A stretch of DNA of 64,000 nucleotides from an uncultured Candidatus Saccharibacteria bacterium (GCA_964424265.1 CAYRHX010000001.1:64498-128497), one strand, 5' to 3'. Shown: positions 19,538-30,283, counted from the first letter of the stretch. The notes: generated by a model from the sequence alone, not told the origin. Translations and numbers: made by a program.

Positions 19538-20305
19538 TTACTGAGAATCTATCGCGGTTATAAACGACTGCAAACCCTGCGCTCCCTCAATCAACGTATT
19601 ACCAACGACGAACCCAGGGGTACCCCCAACGCCCGCCTTGCCACCCTCGGACTGCCCGAGTGCAATCAACTGCTCGTATTCCGCCATCTTCGAAGCGACT
19701 CGGGCCTTGAGCTTATTCGTATCCATACCCCCGAGTGATGCAATCAACTTGAGGACACTTTCCTCATTCCCAAAGCCACCATGCTCCTGATCTTGAGCCT
19801 TGTACATCGCTTCATTCCACTCAAAAAACTTGCCTGGGTATAAATCCCACACTGCATGCTTATAGAGCGCGGCGGTCGTGGAATCCGGTCCGAGAAAGGC
19901 AAAGTCCATAAAGACAATCTTGAGTTTCCCCGTGTCAACGTACTGCTTAACGAGTGCTGGCAACACCTGTGTCTCAAACTGTTTGCAAAATGGGCACTGG
20001 TAATCCGACCAATACGCCATTGTAAGAGGGGCATTTGCTTTACCGATGAACGGCGCGCCTTTGATATTCACGTCTTTGATATCAACGGCAACAGGGCCCG
20101 GGGCAACACCCGGTCCAGCAACATTTTCCGTCTTCGACGCGAGCGACGCATAGAGAGCTCCACCTATCAGCGCACCGGCCACGACGATGGCGATCGGGGT
20201 ATAGAGCGCGCTTATGTCTCTCTTCGGAGTTGCCGCGGCAACCGATCCAGCTGGTATTTCTTCCTGTGTCATCGAGGCATTGTACACTATACGTAAAAAT
20301 TGCAA
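19538..20305 (-). CDS. DsbA-family thiol:disulfide oxidoreductase, membrane-anchored
   Basis: CxxC active site in WSDYQCPFCKQFE, an N-terminal TM segment, and a thioredoxin fold. Start is uncertain and may be MTQEE. Confidence 0.75.
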   Translation of the reverse strand: MQFLRIVYNASMTQEEIPAGSVAAATPKRDISALYTPIAIVVAGALIGGALYASLASKTENVAGPGVAPGPVAVDIKDVNIKGAPFIGKANAPLTMAYWSDYQCPFCKQFETQVLPALVKQYVDTGKLKIVFMDFAFLGPDSTTAALYKHAVWDLYPGKFFEWNEAMYKAQDQEHGGFGNEESVLKLIASLGGMDTNKLKARVASKMAEYEQLIALGQSEGGKAGVGGTPGFVVGNTLIEGAQGLQSFITAIDSQ

Positions 20306-20308
20306 ACG

Positions 20309-21505
20309 TCACTTCTTCACACCCTCCAAGGTTTTCCAAATATTCGGATCCTCTCCTCCGTCAAATTTGAAAACCGAGATACCACGTACGCCGAGCTTCT
20401 TGGCAAGATCAATCTTGGTCTGCAAAGAGTGCGCATCTGACCAATTCACGAGACGGAAACCGAGATGCGAATTATATGTATCGGCATACGCCGTCGCAGT
20501 AACGGCAGCGAAAAGCGCCGAGTTAAGGCCGAGAGAAACCGGTGTCGTGCTTGTAGCCGCGTTCGCGACATACGTGAAATACATCTCGCCAGCCGCATTT
20601 CTCTGCGGAGTGACTCCGTGTTGCGCGGCGAGCGGTATGGCATACCCAGGATTAAAGGTCCACAAAATGTCGTACACATACTCTTTCCCCGCATACGCAA
20701 CAACATCATACTCATAGCCATAGGTCGGTACTCCGATTAAAATCTTACTTTTCTTAATGTCCTTCGACATAAGTCTTATTACTTTCTCAACCCAGACTGG
20801 ATCAGCCACGGGCGCATACAACTCAGACGAGGAAGCTGCTGCTGTCGAGAGCTTGAGGTCTATACCCTGCTGATCGTACGTCATGATTCGGACTCGATCA
20901 CAATACTTATTTATCTCTTTCAAGTCGTTTGCATACATCAAAGCATCAGCTGGGGGCGTGGTGCCGTAGTATCGAGATTCAAGCGGTGTGCGAGACTCAA
21001 TAGTACACATCACCCATTTATTTCCCATTCTCTGGTAGAGCCCCTTAAGAAATGTCGAAAAGTACGTCTTGTCGGCGGCGCGCTTGCCCTCAAAATCAAT
21101 ATCGATGCCGTCGAAGCCGTTGTCTTTCACCAACTTCGCGATGCGATCTTCGAGTGCGATGCGTTTTTTCTGATTGCTCAACAATTCGTGAAGCAATTCG
21201 CTATTGCTCGTCATAATCGTGGGGATGACCCGGACCTTCTGTCTCTTTGCCTCTGCAATAAAACTCAACCACGGCTCTTGATCAAGCTTGCCGTTATCTA
21301 CGAAGGTGCCGTCGGATTTTATAGTATACACAAAAGGGTTTACTTCTGTGAGCTTACTCAAATTTGGCAACACATCTGCCGTACCCGTTGCACTGCGCCA
21401 ATACGGGATCCAGCCGGTTACCTCAAACTTTGTGGCTGTGGCCGCAGATGCCGAGATCGGCACCATACATAAAAACGCGACAAAGAGACTGAGACTGTAC
21501 TTCAT
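20309..21505 (-). CDS. Glycoside hydrolase family 18 (chitinase-like), secreted
   Basis: GFDGIDIDFEG contains the DxxDxDxE catalytic motif. Signal peptide MKYSLSLFVAFLCMVPISASA. Start is placed at this Met to avoid overlapping the ABC permease. Confidence 0.75.
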   Translation of the reverse strand: MKYSLSLFVAFLCMVPISASAATATKFEVTGWIPYWRSATGTADVLPNLSKLTEVNPFVYTIKSDGTFVDNGKLDQEPWLSFIAEAKRQKVRVIPTIMTSNSELLHELLSNQKKRIALEDRIAKLVKDNGFDGIDIDFEGKRAADKTYFSTFLKGLYQRMGNKWVMCTIESRTPLESRYYGTTPPADALMYANDLKEINKYCDRVRIMTYDQQGIDLKLSTAAASSSELYAPVADPVWVEKVIRLMSKDIKKSKILIGVPTYGYEYDVVAYAGKEYVYDILWTFNPGYAIPLAAQHGVTPQRNAAGEMYFTYVANAATSTTPVSLGLNSALFAAVTATAYADTYNSHLGFRLVNWSDAHSLQTKIDLAKKLGVRGISVFKFDGGEDPNIWKTLEGVKK

Positions 21506-21551
21506 ACTATGCTTATGAGACGCCTCAGTATAGCAATTCTTGCATGCTTTG

Positions 21552-22349
21552 TTACGGCCCTTCGGCATCGAAGCGTGAGACCATTCCGTCGCGGATAACC
21601 CTTCGATATGTGGCGACGAAGAAGAAGTACGCGAGGGCGATATAGCACGTTGCGAGTATCATACCGAACAAAAGGGGTTCGAATGAAAAGTCGCGCGTGA
21701 TGAGCGCGGAGCGCATGCCTTCAAACACGTAGGTTGGTGGAAGAATGTAGGAAACCAGCTGCATCCACGAAGGAAGCACCGATACTGGATACATGATGCC
21801 GACAAAAGGCCCGAGCACCGCTGGTATCGGCCACATGAGCCATTCGGCAGAAGGACCGAGGCGCAATACAACCGCCGTGCCCACGATACCAAGTGCGATG
21901 CCAAAGAGAAAAAGAATGAAGAGAAAAGGGATGATGAGTAAGCCGAGCATGAAAAGATTTAACCCGAAGAAGACTCCTGCGAGCAAAAGCATAGCGATAA
22001 GCCCCGCGGCGCTCGTAACCGTGCTTGTGAGCACAAAGCCGGTCATGTATTCACTGACCTTGAGTGGCGAAGCAAACATATTGAGAAAATTCTTCGACCA
22101 CACGTCTTCTAGAAACGGCATGGTGACCCCCTGCTGTACACGCACGAGAAAATCCCAAAGCAAAATTCCACCAAGAAGCGTCGGGACAAATGCGAGATCG
22201 AAGTCTATGCTGCTTAAATATCGCGTGATAAATCCCCAGAGAACAATGTCGAGGACGGCCCATAAAAAATACGGTATGAGTCGCATGGGATTATCGCGCA
22301 AAATAAATACTTGACGAAGAAATATGCCGTAGATGCGCGTAATATTCAT
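21552..22349 (-). CDS. ABC-2-type transporter permease
   Basis: Six TM helices with ABC-2 permease topology. Adjacent to and co-directional with the ATPase gene. Confidence 0.7.
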   Translation of the reverse strand: MNITRIYGIFLRQVFILRDNPMRLIPYFLWAVLDIVLWGFITRYLSSIDFDLAFVPTLLGGILLWDFLVRVQQGVTMPFLEDVWSKNFLNMFASPLKVSEYMTGFVLTSTVTSAAGLIAMLLLAGVFFGLNLFMLGLLIIPFLFILFLFGIALGIVGTAVVLRLGPSAEWLMWPIPAVLGPFVGIMYPVSVLPSWMQLVSYILPPTYVFEGMRSALITRDFSFEPLLFGMILATCYIALAYFFFVATYRRVIRDGMVSRFDAEGP

Positions 22350-22351
22350 AT

Positions 22352-23092
22352 CTATTCAAGCTCGAGCGTAAGCGGCTCACGCGCCACAGTAATAAAAAGC
22401 TCTTCAAGATTTGCCTTGCCATATTCTCGGGGCAAAGTTTTGGGATTCCCCTCGAGGAGGATCTCGCCGTGAGAGAGGAAAAGCACGCGATCACACATCG
22501 CCTCTACCTCATGCATATTATGCGATGTCCACAACACTCCACCTGTACCCGAAGATGCGAACTGGCGAATCGTCTCTCGAATAGTCCGAGCTGTCGATGG
22601 ATCGAGCGAGGCCGTAGGTTCGTCGAGCAAAAGCAGATGTGGAGTATTGAGCATGGCCTTTGCAAGCGACACGCGCGTTTGTTCTCCTGAAGAAAGGATG
22701 CCGCATTTTGTGTCTGCAAATGTCTCAAGATCAAACTCTTTCAATACTTTCTGAATTCGTTCGTGCAAATGAGGTACCGTATAGATAAGCCCGAAGATGT
22801 GTAAATTCTGGGTGACGGTCATGTTGCCGGGAAGCTGTGCGTACACAGCTGCAAAATTGGTCCGCACGAGAGCTTCTGAGCGATGTCGCGCCACATCTAT
22901 CCCCTCAATAGCAATAGAGCCCCCACTCGGCTCAAGCACCCCCAAAATCATATTGATGGTGGTTGTTTTTCCGGCACCGTTGGGACCAAGAAGTCCTACG
23001 ATCTCATTTTTATTCACCGTAAACGAAATCTCCTTGACGGCGATTGTGTCGCGATACCTTTTTTGTAATTTCTTTACTTCAAGAACAGGCAT
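22352..23092 (-). CDS. ABC transporter ATP-binding protein
   Basis: Walker A GPNGAGKTTT, signature LSSGEQTRVSLA, Walker B LLLLDEPT, and an H-loop. Confidence 0.85.
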   Translation of the reverse strand: MPVLEVKKLQKRYRDTIAVKEISFTVNKNEIVGLLGPNGAGKTTTINMILGVLEPSGGSIAIEGIDVARHRSEALVRTNFAAVYAQLPGNMTVTQNLHIFGLIYTVPHLHERIQKVLKEFDLETFADTKCGILSSGEQTRVSLAKAMLNTPHLLLLDEPTASLDPSTARTIRETIRQFASSGTGGVLWTSHNMHEVEAMCDRVLFLSHGEILLEGNPKTLPREYGKANLEELFITVAREPLTLELE

Positions 23093-23105
23093 ACTATTTC
23101 ACACT

Positions 23106-23474
23106 CTATTTGATCACAATAGTCGCGGTGAATACACTGCCGACGATGGAGCAGGTGCCGGCGGAAATCCCCATAAACGTCGCTGCATACAATGGTGGAT
23201 CAACTGTAGAGATCGATGGCACAATCTGTACGATACCTTCCGGATGGCACGTCAAACTGCGAGAAGGGTCTTTTCGTTCATCGAGAAAAAGAGTAAAGAG
23301 AGTCCCTTTCGCGTACATAAACGTCTCCCCTGCGTCGCCCTCATAGATCTCCGTGGAACACGCGCCAATCTCGCAGGAAGATTCACCATTAGAAAATTTA
23401 CTCAGTTTCTGGACACCGAGCAAAAGCCCCCCGAGAAGAACAAGAGGAACGACGAGAATATAAAAAGTCCTCAC
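23106..23474 (-). CDS. Small hypothetical secreted protein
   Basis: 122 aa with an N-terminal signal-like helix and several Cys residues. Confidence 0.4.
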   Translation of the reverse strand: MRTFYILVVPLVLLGGLLLGVQKLSKFSNGESSCEIGACSTEIYEGDAGETFMYAKGTLFTLFLDERKDPSRSLTCHPEGIVQIVPSISTVDPPLYAATFMGISAGTCSIVGSVFTATIVIK

Positions 23475-23493
23475 GCTGCAATTTTACCATTTA

Positions 23494-24174
23494 TTACCAC
23501 GTTGCCGCGCCATCACCGGACAGTGGGACAATAGGCTCAAGATGCGTCGGCACCCTCTCGAAGATCACGTCAATCAGAGCTTTTGTCGACGCCGGGATCT
23601 CTCGAGTGTAGTCATAGATCGAACCCCCGCTTCCCGCCACAACGCCATACGCTGGAATCCCAAGCCGGCGAGCGATCCAGAGGGCCCGAGGCATATGGAA
23701 ATCTTGGGTTACGATGAGAAGTGACTTCGATTGGTACACATCCCGAGCTCTATACATGCTGCTGTATGTATCGAAACCAGCATGATCAAGGAAAATATCG
23801 CTCGAGGGGATCCCCGCCTGCGTGAGATATTTTCTCACCGGAGTCACTTCATCATGAGAAATATCCGCGCTATCACCTGTTACGAGAATTTTCGGCGCTT
23901 TGCCGCTTTGATAGAGCGCGATTGCGGTGTCTGTTCTTTCCGCCAAAACGGGAGACGGAATCCCGCGGGCAACGGACGCGCCGAGCACCAATATCGCATT
24001 CGCGTGAGGCGCACGCTCGACACTCGAGAATACGTACTGATCTACCATGCCTCGCATTGTGATAGGCACCATAAGAGCCGCCACACCAAACGCGAGGACA
24101 CAAAAAAGGATTTTCTCGACAATACTTACCATAGTCGCGTACCTCAATCCCGTGCCTCTAAAATACAAAATCAC
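23494..24174 (-). CDS. SanA/YdcF (DUF218)-family protein
   Basis: N-terminal TM segment followed by the DUF218 pattern AILVLGASV ... ILVTGDSADISHDE ... LIVTQDFHMPRA. Confidence 0.7.
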   Translation of the reverse strand: MILYFRGTGLRYATMVSIVEKILFCVLAFGVAALMVPITMRGMVDQYVFSSVERAPHANAILVLGASVARGIPSPVLAERTDTAIALYQSGKAPKILVTGDSADISHDEVTPVRKYLTQAGIPSSDIFLDHAGFDTYSSMYRARDVYQSKSLLIVTQDFHMPRALWIARRLGIPAYGVVAGSGGSIYDYTREIPASTKALIDVIFERVPTHLEPIVPLSGDGAATW

Positions 24175-24177
24175 GAA

Positions 24178-25971
24178 CTACTGTACGATCTGAAGTTGAA
24201 TTGTGTTTGTCGTCCCATTGTTGTTTTTAACATACACCTGGATCGGCCCGGGCAAAACCTGTTGGACATTTAGCGTACACGCGCCCCCCTGAACCACCAG
24301 ATCACAGGGCGAGACGTATGCCGGGATGGTGTAATAGATGACTGTGCCGTTTTGTGAAGGTACGTGCTGTGTACCACCGATGCCGAAGTGCACAGTATTT
24401 TCAAGCGGCGTAAAACCACTCCCAGAAAGCGCGATTTGCATTCCCACACGGGCCGACATAGGGGTAATCGACGTGAGCGCAACGTTTCCGTACTGGCCAG
24501 AACCACTCACAACGACAGTGGCACTCAACGTATTTGATTGCCCCGAAGAGTTACTTACTGTGAACACGACTGTGTATGTCCCTGCCGCCTGATACGTATG
24601 AGTGAATGTCAGCGTGTTTTCTCCCTGCTGATACGTGGTCTGCGGGACGGAAGCACTCGCATAACCAAGCCCTGAATCACCCCAATTCACTGAGGTGGTC
24701 ATATACGAGCTATATGGATTATGTACCCGTATGGTCCATGTGCCTTGGACCCCCGTATTGAGCGAGGTCGGACCATTCAGATTCGATATTGTGGGCGCAC
24801 CATATGCGCCAGATGTCACGGTAAAGGACACCGCGTTACTCGTATAGCCCGAGCTATTCGAAACCGAGATGCTGTACGTACCAGGCGTTACGACTGAAGA
24901 TCCGTATGTTCCCGATAGATAGGTGGGCACCGTAAACGTAAGCGAGGTTCCGTTATACGATGAAATGTTGGCAATGGTCGCACTCCCAAACCGGACGGTA
25001 TTTCCCGAGTAACTGAATCCAGTACCATACACGGTCACACTTGTTCCCACAGAGCCGGAGGTTGGATTCACGTATGTGATGGTGGGATACTGGCTGGTTG
25101 GAGGGCAGTAGCCATACCCCGAACCGCCATAACTTCCGTAGACATATGAACTATACTGGCCAAGACAACCGTACGAGGCCAACACGCCAAAGCTCAATGT
25201 GCCGCTTGTCCCACGAGAATTCACAACGTATACGCCAACGGTACCGGCAGTGGCGTATGAAGGAACGGTAAATGTGATCGAGGTACCGTTGTAGGAAGGG
25301 ATATTCGTAACTGGCACCTGGCCGAAGTACACGGTGTTATTTGAGTAATCAAATCCCGAACCGTAGATTGTGACGCTCGCTCCTGGAAGCCCCGACACGA
25401 CGGAAAGAGAGCTCAACGAGACATTTCCGTATCCGTAGCCCGAATAATTACAAGTGTATGGGAAGGTATAGTAGCAATTTGTGTTATTTCCGTATCCGTA
25501 ATTACTGACTGGTGGAGCGACATACGGATAGGTGTTGCCATAGCTAAATACACCGTATCCACCGCAGCTCACGCGATTGATTGCGGCACGAGTCGCCGCA
25601 TCCACCACACCCGTGACAGGAAGTCCTTGCTGCTGCTGAAAATTTCTCACCGCGGCAAGAGTCGCAGACCTGAAATTCCCCGTGATCATCCACGCTCCAC
25701 TGCCAGGGAAATTTTGAGCGACGAGAAATGTTTGTAGTTGTCGCACTTGAGTGCCGCCTGAACCATACGAGAGATCACTCGCGATATTTACACATGCGCC
25801 TCCGTATTGCGGGTACGAAGCAGCGATGCTGAAGGCAGGCACGCCGTACGCGGGAAAGCTGTTCACGGGTGTGCCATACGTAGGAGAGGTGTAATAGTAG
25901 CCCTGTGCTGATGCAACATTTGCGCCAAGAGCCATGAACGCAATCAGAGAAAAAACGAGTATTTTGTTCAT
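24178..25971 (-). CDS. Secreted cell-surface protein with a peptidoglycan-binding domain and four IPT/TIG-like repeats
   Basis: Signal peptide, then a PG_binding_1-like segment (GTQVRQLQTFLVAQNF ... VRNFQQQQGLPVTGVVDAATRAAI). Four repeats of the type VTIYGSGFDYSNNTVYFG...NGTSITFTVP follow, in a Gly/Tyr/Ser/Thr-rich sequence. Confidence 0.65.
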   Translation of the reverse strand: MNKILVFSLIAFMALGANVASAQGYYYTSPTYGTPVNSFPAYGVPAFSIAASYPQYGGACVNIASDLSYGSGGTQVRQLQTFLVAQNFPGSGAWMITGNFRSATLAAVRNFQQQQGLPVTGVVDAATRAAINRVSCGGYGVFSYGNTYPYVAPPVSNYGYGNNTNCYYTFPYTCNYSGYGYGNVSLSSLSVVSGLPGASVTIYGSGFDYSNNTVYFGQVPVTNIPSYNGTSITFTVPSYATAGTVGVYVVNSRGTSGTLSFGVLASYGCLGQYSSYVYGSYGGSGYGYCPPTSQYPTITYVNPTSGSVGTSVTVYGTGFSYSGNTVRFGSATIANISSYNGTSLTFTVPTYLSGTYGSSVVTPGTYSISVSNSSGYTSNAVSFTVTSGAYGAPTISNLNGPTSLNTGVQGTWTIRVHNPYSSYMTTSVNWGDSGLGYASASVPQTTYQQGENTLTFTHTYQAAGTYTVVFTVSNSSGQSNTLSATVVVSGSGQYGNVALTSITPMSARVGMQIALSGSGFTPLENTVHFGIGGTQHVPSQNGTVIYYTIPAYVSPCDLVVQGGACTLNVQQVLPGPIQVYVKNNNGTTNTIQLQIVQ

Positions 25972-26120
25972 ATATATGATTAAAATATGGCTTAGATACT
26001 GGACAAGCTAATAAGGATGAGGGCTAATAACGCCAATATGCACCCACTTCGATTATTGCGCAAGTATCGCCACTTTTGAGGTTTCCCCCAATAAAAAATT
26101 CTGAGTTCGTCGGAAAACTA

Positions 26121-27416
26121 CTAACGAAACGACCGACGGGGGCCGCCGCGCGATGGAGCACGGCCGCGTGGACGGCTAAAGCCAGAACCGCCCGGCCGGG
26201 TGTAGCCGCCTGGCTGCGGACGACTAAAACGACGAGGTCGATCGTCATCAACATACGAATGATCTGCTGCGCGTGCGGGCGGTAGCGCGGGAAGTACCGA
26301 GATGGGGACCGTCTTCCGAATCAAATGTTCGATATCTCGGATTTCGCGCTTTTGATGCGGCTCGGCAAATGAAATCGCATGACCTTCGGCCCCGGCGCGC
26401 GCAGTACGTCCGATTCGATGGACATAATCGGAAGAATCCATCGGCAAATCGTAATTAATGACCAGTTCAATTCCTTTCACGTCAATACCACGCGACGCAA
26501 TATCCGTCGCCACAAGCACGCGATACTTACCATTCTTGAATCCATCAAGCGCCTCGCGCCGCTGTGCTAGAGATCGGTTACCATGAATTTCTGCTGCCGT
26601 GTGTCCCATTGACGCAATCGTCCGCATGATTTTTTTCGCTCCGTGCTTAGTACGTGAAAAGACAAGTGTTGAACCTTTGTAATCGCCGAGAATTTTCTCG
26701 AGCAAACGGCTTTTGTCCTCTTTGCGCACGATAAAAAATTCCTGGCTGATCTTCTCTACTGTCGTACCTGCGGGAGCCACTTCAATGCGAAGTGGGATCT
26801 TCATATGTTGCGTGGCGAGCTGCATGATGTCGCGTGAAAGCGTCGCGGAAAAAAGCATGGTCTGACGTTCCGCAGGCGCTGCGGCGATGATCTTCTTCAC
26901 TTGTGGCCAAAAACCCATGTCGAGCATGCGATCAGCTTCGTCAAGTATGAGCACCTCCACTTGATCGAGACGAATGGTCCCCTGTGCGAGGTGATCGAGC
27001 AAACGCCCTGGCGTTGCGATCACCACGTGCGGATCACGACGCAGTGAGGAGATCTGCATCCCCATCGATGCGCCCCCTATAAACACCGCTGTTCGAATAC
27101 CGAGCGGGCGTGCGATCTTTGAAAGGGTCTCGTCCACCTGGAGCGCAAGCTCGCGTGTCGGAACAAGGATGAGTCCTCGGCCACGGCCGCTCACCAATCG
27201 CTGCAAGAGAGGGATACCGAATGCCAGGGTTTTACCCGTTCCTGTTTGCGCTACTCCCACCACATCCTTACCTGCCACACCTTCAGGAATAGCCCGGTAT
27301 TGGATCGGGGTCGGCGTCGTAAAGTTGAGCTTGGCCAATATATCCAAGATGTTGGGCGATATACCAAGCCCATTAAAAGTATGCTCCGGCGTATGCGGTG
27401 TGGGTGTTGGGGTCAT
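26121..27416 (-). CDS. DEAD-box ATP-dependent RNA helicase with an RGG-rich C-terminal tail
   Basis: Q-motif, AQTGTGKT, DEAD, SAT, and HRIGRTARAG motifs. C-terminus reads RPQPGGYTRPGGSGFSRPRGRAPSRGGPRR. Confidence 0.9.
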   Translation of the reverse strand: MTPTPTPHTPEHTFNGLGISPNILDILAKLNFTTPTPIQYRAIPEGVAGKDVVGVAQTGTGKTLAFGIPLLQRLVSGRGRGLILVPTRELALQVDETLSKIARPLGIRTAVFIGGASMGMQISSLRRDPHVVIATPGRLLDHLAQGTIRLDQVEVLILDEADRMLDMGFWPQVKKIIAAAPAERQTMLFSATLSRDIMQLATQHMKIPLRIEVAPAGTTVEKISQEFFIVRKEDKSRLLEKILGDYKGSTLVFSRTKHGAKKIMRTIASMGHTAAEIHGNRSLAQRREALDGFKNGKYRVLVATDIASRGIDVKGIELVINYDLPMDSSDYVHRIGRTARAGAEGHAISFAEPHQKREIRDIEHLIRKTVPISVLPALPPARAADHSYVDDDRPRRFSRPQPGGYTRPGGSGFSRPRGRAPSRGGPRRSFR

Positions 27417-27495
27417 GCAGAAAAGCCCGTAGGCATTGAACTAATGTTTGGATGATACCATGAAAATCCCGGGAACGCAATTTTTCAGCTCCCCA

Positions 27496-27738
27496 TCAAG
27501 AAGTGCCCCGTATGAGCCTCAATTTCTCCTCCCGCTTCCACCCCTTGATTTGAGCCTCGCGCTTCGACGCAGAAGATCGGTCTGCGTGCTTTTCAATGTA
27601 CCGCACTTTCACTGCCCCCCTTGATCGCGTGTAGTGTCCGCCAGCCCCTTCTTTGTGCTCCTCAAAACGACGCTCGACGTCCGTCGTTATACCGGTATAC
27701 AGTGAACCGTCGCCGCACTCGAGGATATAGAGAAAATA
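27496..27738 (-). CDS. GIY-YIG-family nuclease domain protein
   Basis: MYFLYILECGDGSLYTGITTDVERRFEEHK matches the GIY-YIG motif. Start is trimmed to that Met. Confidence 0.7.
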   Translation of the reverse strand, partial: YFLYILECGDGSLYTGITTDVERRFEEHKEGAGGHYTRSRGAVKVRYIEKHADRSSASKREAQIKGWKREEKLRLIRGTS

Positions 27739-27860
27739 CATACCGTGCCGATCCAATGATTGTAACGCCTGCGTTGATCTTTCAAGATCTCGCCGATTGA
27801 CAGCGTGCCCCAGATTCCCTATGTTTCTTTGGGCTTGCTCAAAAGCCAAGGGAGGCACTC

Positions 27861-28223
27861 ATGAGCTCAAAAGCAATACGCGACATTCATGTGGCGTTGT
27901 TCGTTGGGCTCATGGTCGCGTCACCCCTGAGCTCACTTGCCGTGATCTTCTTCCCGACGATCTTGTCGGGATCCGAACTGGTGGCCATCTGTGCCACTGG
28001 GATCCTCACTTTGGGGGTTCTAAGGTTCCGGTACGGCGGATGCCCCCTGACCATACTGGAAAATAATGCGATAGAAAGAGAGGGGGGCATCCCCTACCGA
28101 AGTAATTGCATAAGCTATTACCTCGGCAGGTGGATCGGCATCCACCTGCCGGTTTACGCGAGTCCGATTATCACTGTCGGACTCATGGCGGCGCCAATCG
28201 CCGTCGGAATCTTCTACTCTTGA
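27861..28223 (+). CDS. DUF2784-family membrane protein
   Basis: Conserved GGCPLTILENNAIEREG motif between TM helices. Confidence 0.55.
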   Translation: MSSKAIRDIHVALFVGLMVASPLSSLAVIFFPTILSGSELVAICATGILTLGVLRFRYGGCPLTILENNAIEREGGIPYRSNCISYYLGRWIGIHLPVYASPIITVGLMAAPIAVGIFYS

Positions 28224-28276
28224 CCCGGTCTTCGCGCCGGGTCATTCGTTTTGATCCGAAGATATACGCACAACGA

Positions 28277-28663
28277 CTATGTGCGATACACTAAAAACGT
28301 GAAGAGGGCTGCGCCCAAGAGCATGCCGAGACCGTTGCTGATCAAATCGAGCCACGTGTCGTTTATGTCGACTGAAAAGACGAGTGGCATATAGTTTTGT
28401 AAAACAAACTCGACTATTTCGTTACCTACCCCCATTGCAGTCACAACAAGGACACTGAATACAAAAAACTGAAATTTACTTATGAGCAATCGACTGTCTC
28501 GTACAACCCGAAAACAAATAAAAAACGACACGAAACCTCCAGTGAGCGCGTGAAGAGCTCTGTTACTCCAGACGGGATCTGCAATATTTTCGCTCACGAA
28601 GTAGTAGGTCGCCAAGATCAGAAGCGTAATATATGCAAGCGAAGATACTGAACTCACTCTCAC
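28277..28663 (-). CDS. Hypothetical membrane protein, possibly VanZ-like
   Basis: Four TM helices with a C-terminal DxxDxxxNxxG pattern (DINDTWLDLISNGLG). Confidence 0.4.
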   Translation of the reverse strand: MRVSSVSSLAYITLLILATYYFVSENIADPVWSNRALHALTGGFVSFFICFRVVRDSRLLISKFQFFVFSVLVVTAMGVGNEIVEFVLQNYMPLVFSVDINDTWLDLISNGLGMLLGAALFTFLVYRT

Positions 28664-28870
28664 CCTAGCAACATCCCTTTAAAAAACAGTGAGAAGAGGA
28701 TGCCAATGTACGAACCGCACAGACCAACGATCAGTGCGACGAGGTACATAGCAAAAGATGATGAAAATCTATTAGAAGAAAAATTTACCGATCACTTCGG
28801 CTCCGATCCGCACAATAGCCGAGTCCACATCGTCCACCGGGGAGCTCTCCGAGGAAGATTGGCAACCCTT

Positions 28871-29623
28871 TTACAGAGCTCGGATGAAACTTTCAACATC
28901 CTTGCCGCCAAGTTTGATGAGCTCATCTATAGCTTTTGCTTGAAGCCTCTCCTTTGTAGCCCTTTCTTCGGCACTCATCCCTACAATCGAACGCACTTCT
29001 TTGTACTTATCGCCTAACTCTTTTGCTCGCCTCATGTCATCCGGATCGGTATAACCTTTTTTAACAGCAAAGAAATCTTCCTTCCAACGGCTCATCAGTT
29101 TGGTTAGGTCCGGTAACACCTTACCTAAAGAAACGGCTGATGGATCGCCGAGACGTTGGAGATGTACCAGTTGTGTGCCGAGACTTTCGACTTTGTCCTG
29201 ACACTGAAAAAAAGTCACACCAGGGTCTACCATATTCTCCACATCTGCCGACAAATTCTTTACGAGATCGGTGTACGTCTGATTCGCAATCGGTGGTGTT
29301 TTATTAACAACATTCTTGAGACGCTCAACATACACAAGCACGACACCCCTCCTTTTGTACCCCTGACGAAATCCTTCTACCTTATCGGCTGAATCATATT
29401 CCAACGCCGACTTCAGTCGCGAGGAGGTAGTCGAGACAAACTCTTCTGCAACTCGTCGCGCAATTTTCCCCTGATTCTCTACAGCTTCGACATTTCGTTC
29501 AGGCTTTCCGACTTCAATTTTGGCTTGAGCGGAGCCCTCACTCACCCCTCCCGCTACCATGCCCATAGCCGCACCAAGACCTTTCAAAAAATTCCTACGA
29601 TTAGGTTGTCTAGGTTGTTCCAT
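28871..29623 (-). CDS. Hypothetical Tat-secreted protein
   Basis: Twin-arginine signal NRRNFLKGLGAAMGMVAGG at the N-terminus. No other recognised domain. Confidence 0.5.
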   Translation of the reverse strand: MEQPRQPNRRNFLKGLGAAMGMVAGGVSEGSAQAKIEVGKPERNVEAVENQGKIARRVAEEFVSTTSSRLKSALEYDSADKVEGFRQGYKRRGVVLVYVERLKNVVNKTPPIANQTYTDLVKNLSADVENMVDPGVTFFQCQDKVESLGTQLVHLQRLGDPSAVSLGKVLPDLTKLMSRWKEDFFAVKKGYTDPDDMRRAKELGDKYKEVRSIVGMSAEERATKERLQAKAIDELIKLGGKDVESFIRAL

Positions 29624-29694
29624 ACACAAAATTATGAGCTCCGTGTGATGCTAATGACTTCATAGTAGCAGACGGCGAAGGGAAGGAAACCGGA

Positions 29695-30180
29695 TCAGAG
29701 ATAGCTATCGAAATATATTGCGTGGCATGTGTAGCCACCCGGATTTTTTTGCAGATAGTCCTGGTGATAACTCTCGGCCTCATAAAACCCTGTGAACGGC
29801 TCGATAGACGTAACCACGGGGTCGGGCCAGCGTTCAGACTGATTCACGATATCGATAAACTTGAGTGCCTCCTCTTTTTCTTCTTCGTTTGAGTAAAAGA
29901 TGACGGACCGGTAGGAGGTGCCTCTATCATTCCCTTGCTGGTTGAGAGTCGTAGGATTATGAATCTGAAAGAAAAAATCGAGAATGTTCTTGAGCGATGT
30001 CTTGTGCGTGTCGTATTCGATCTCGACCACCTCCGCGTGCCCTGCGTGATTTTCGTAGGTAGGATTTTTCTCATTCCCCCCAGCATAGCCGACCCGCGTG
30101 TGCACCACACCCGGTTGCGACCGTATGAGATCCTGCAATCCCCAAAAGCATCCGCCACCTAAAACTACTTTTTTTGTCAT
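29695..30180 (-). CDS. msrA: Peptide methionine sulfoxide reductase MsrA
   Basis: Active-site GGGCFWG motif with MsrA-length conservation (161 aa). Confidence 0.9.
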   Translation of the reverse strand: MTKKVVLGGGCFWGLQDLIRSQPGVVHTRVGYAGGNEKNPTYENHAGHAEVVEIEYDTHKTSLKNILDFFFQIHNPTTLNQQGNDRGTSYRSVIFYSNEEEKEEALKFIDIVNQSERWPDPVVTSIEPFTGFYEAESYHQDYLQKNPGGYTCHAIYFDSYL

Positions 30181-30283
30181 ATGGGTGTCATTTCAGTGAT
30201 CGTTCTTGCGTCGATGGACACAACCAGCCCAGCGGCACGGCCTGCAGATACCACTGCCTAACTTTGTATTCGCTTTCATAGTA

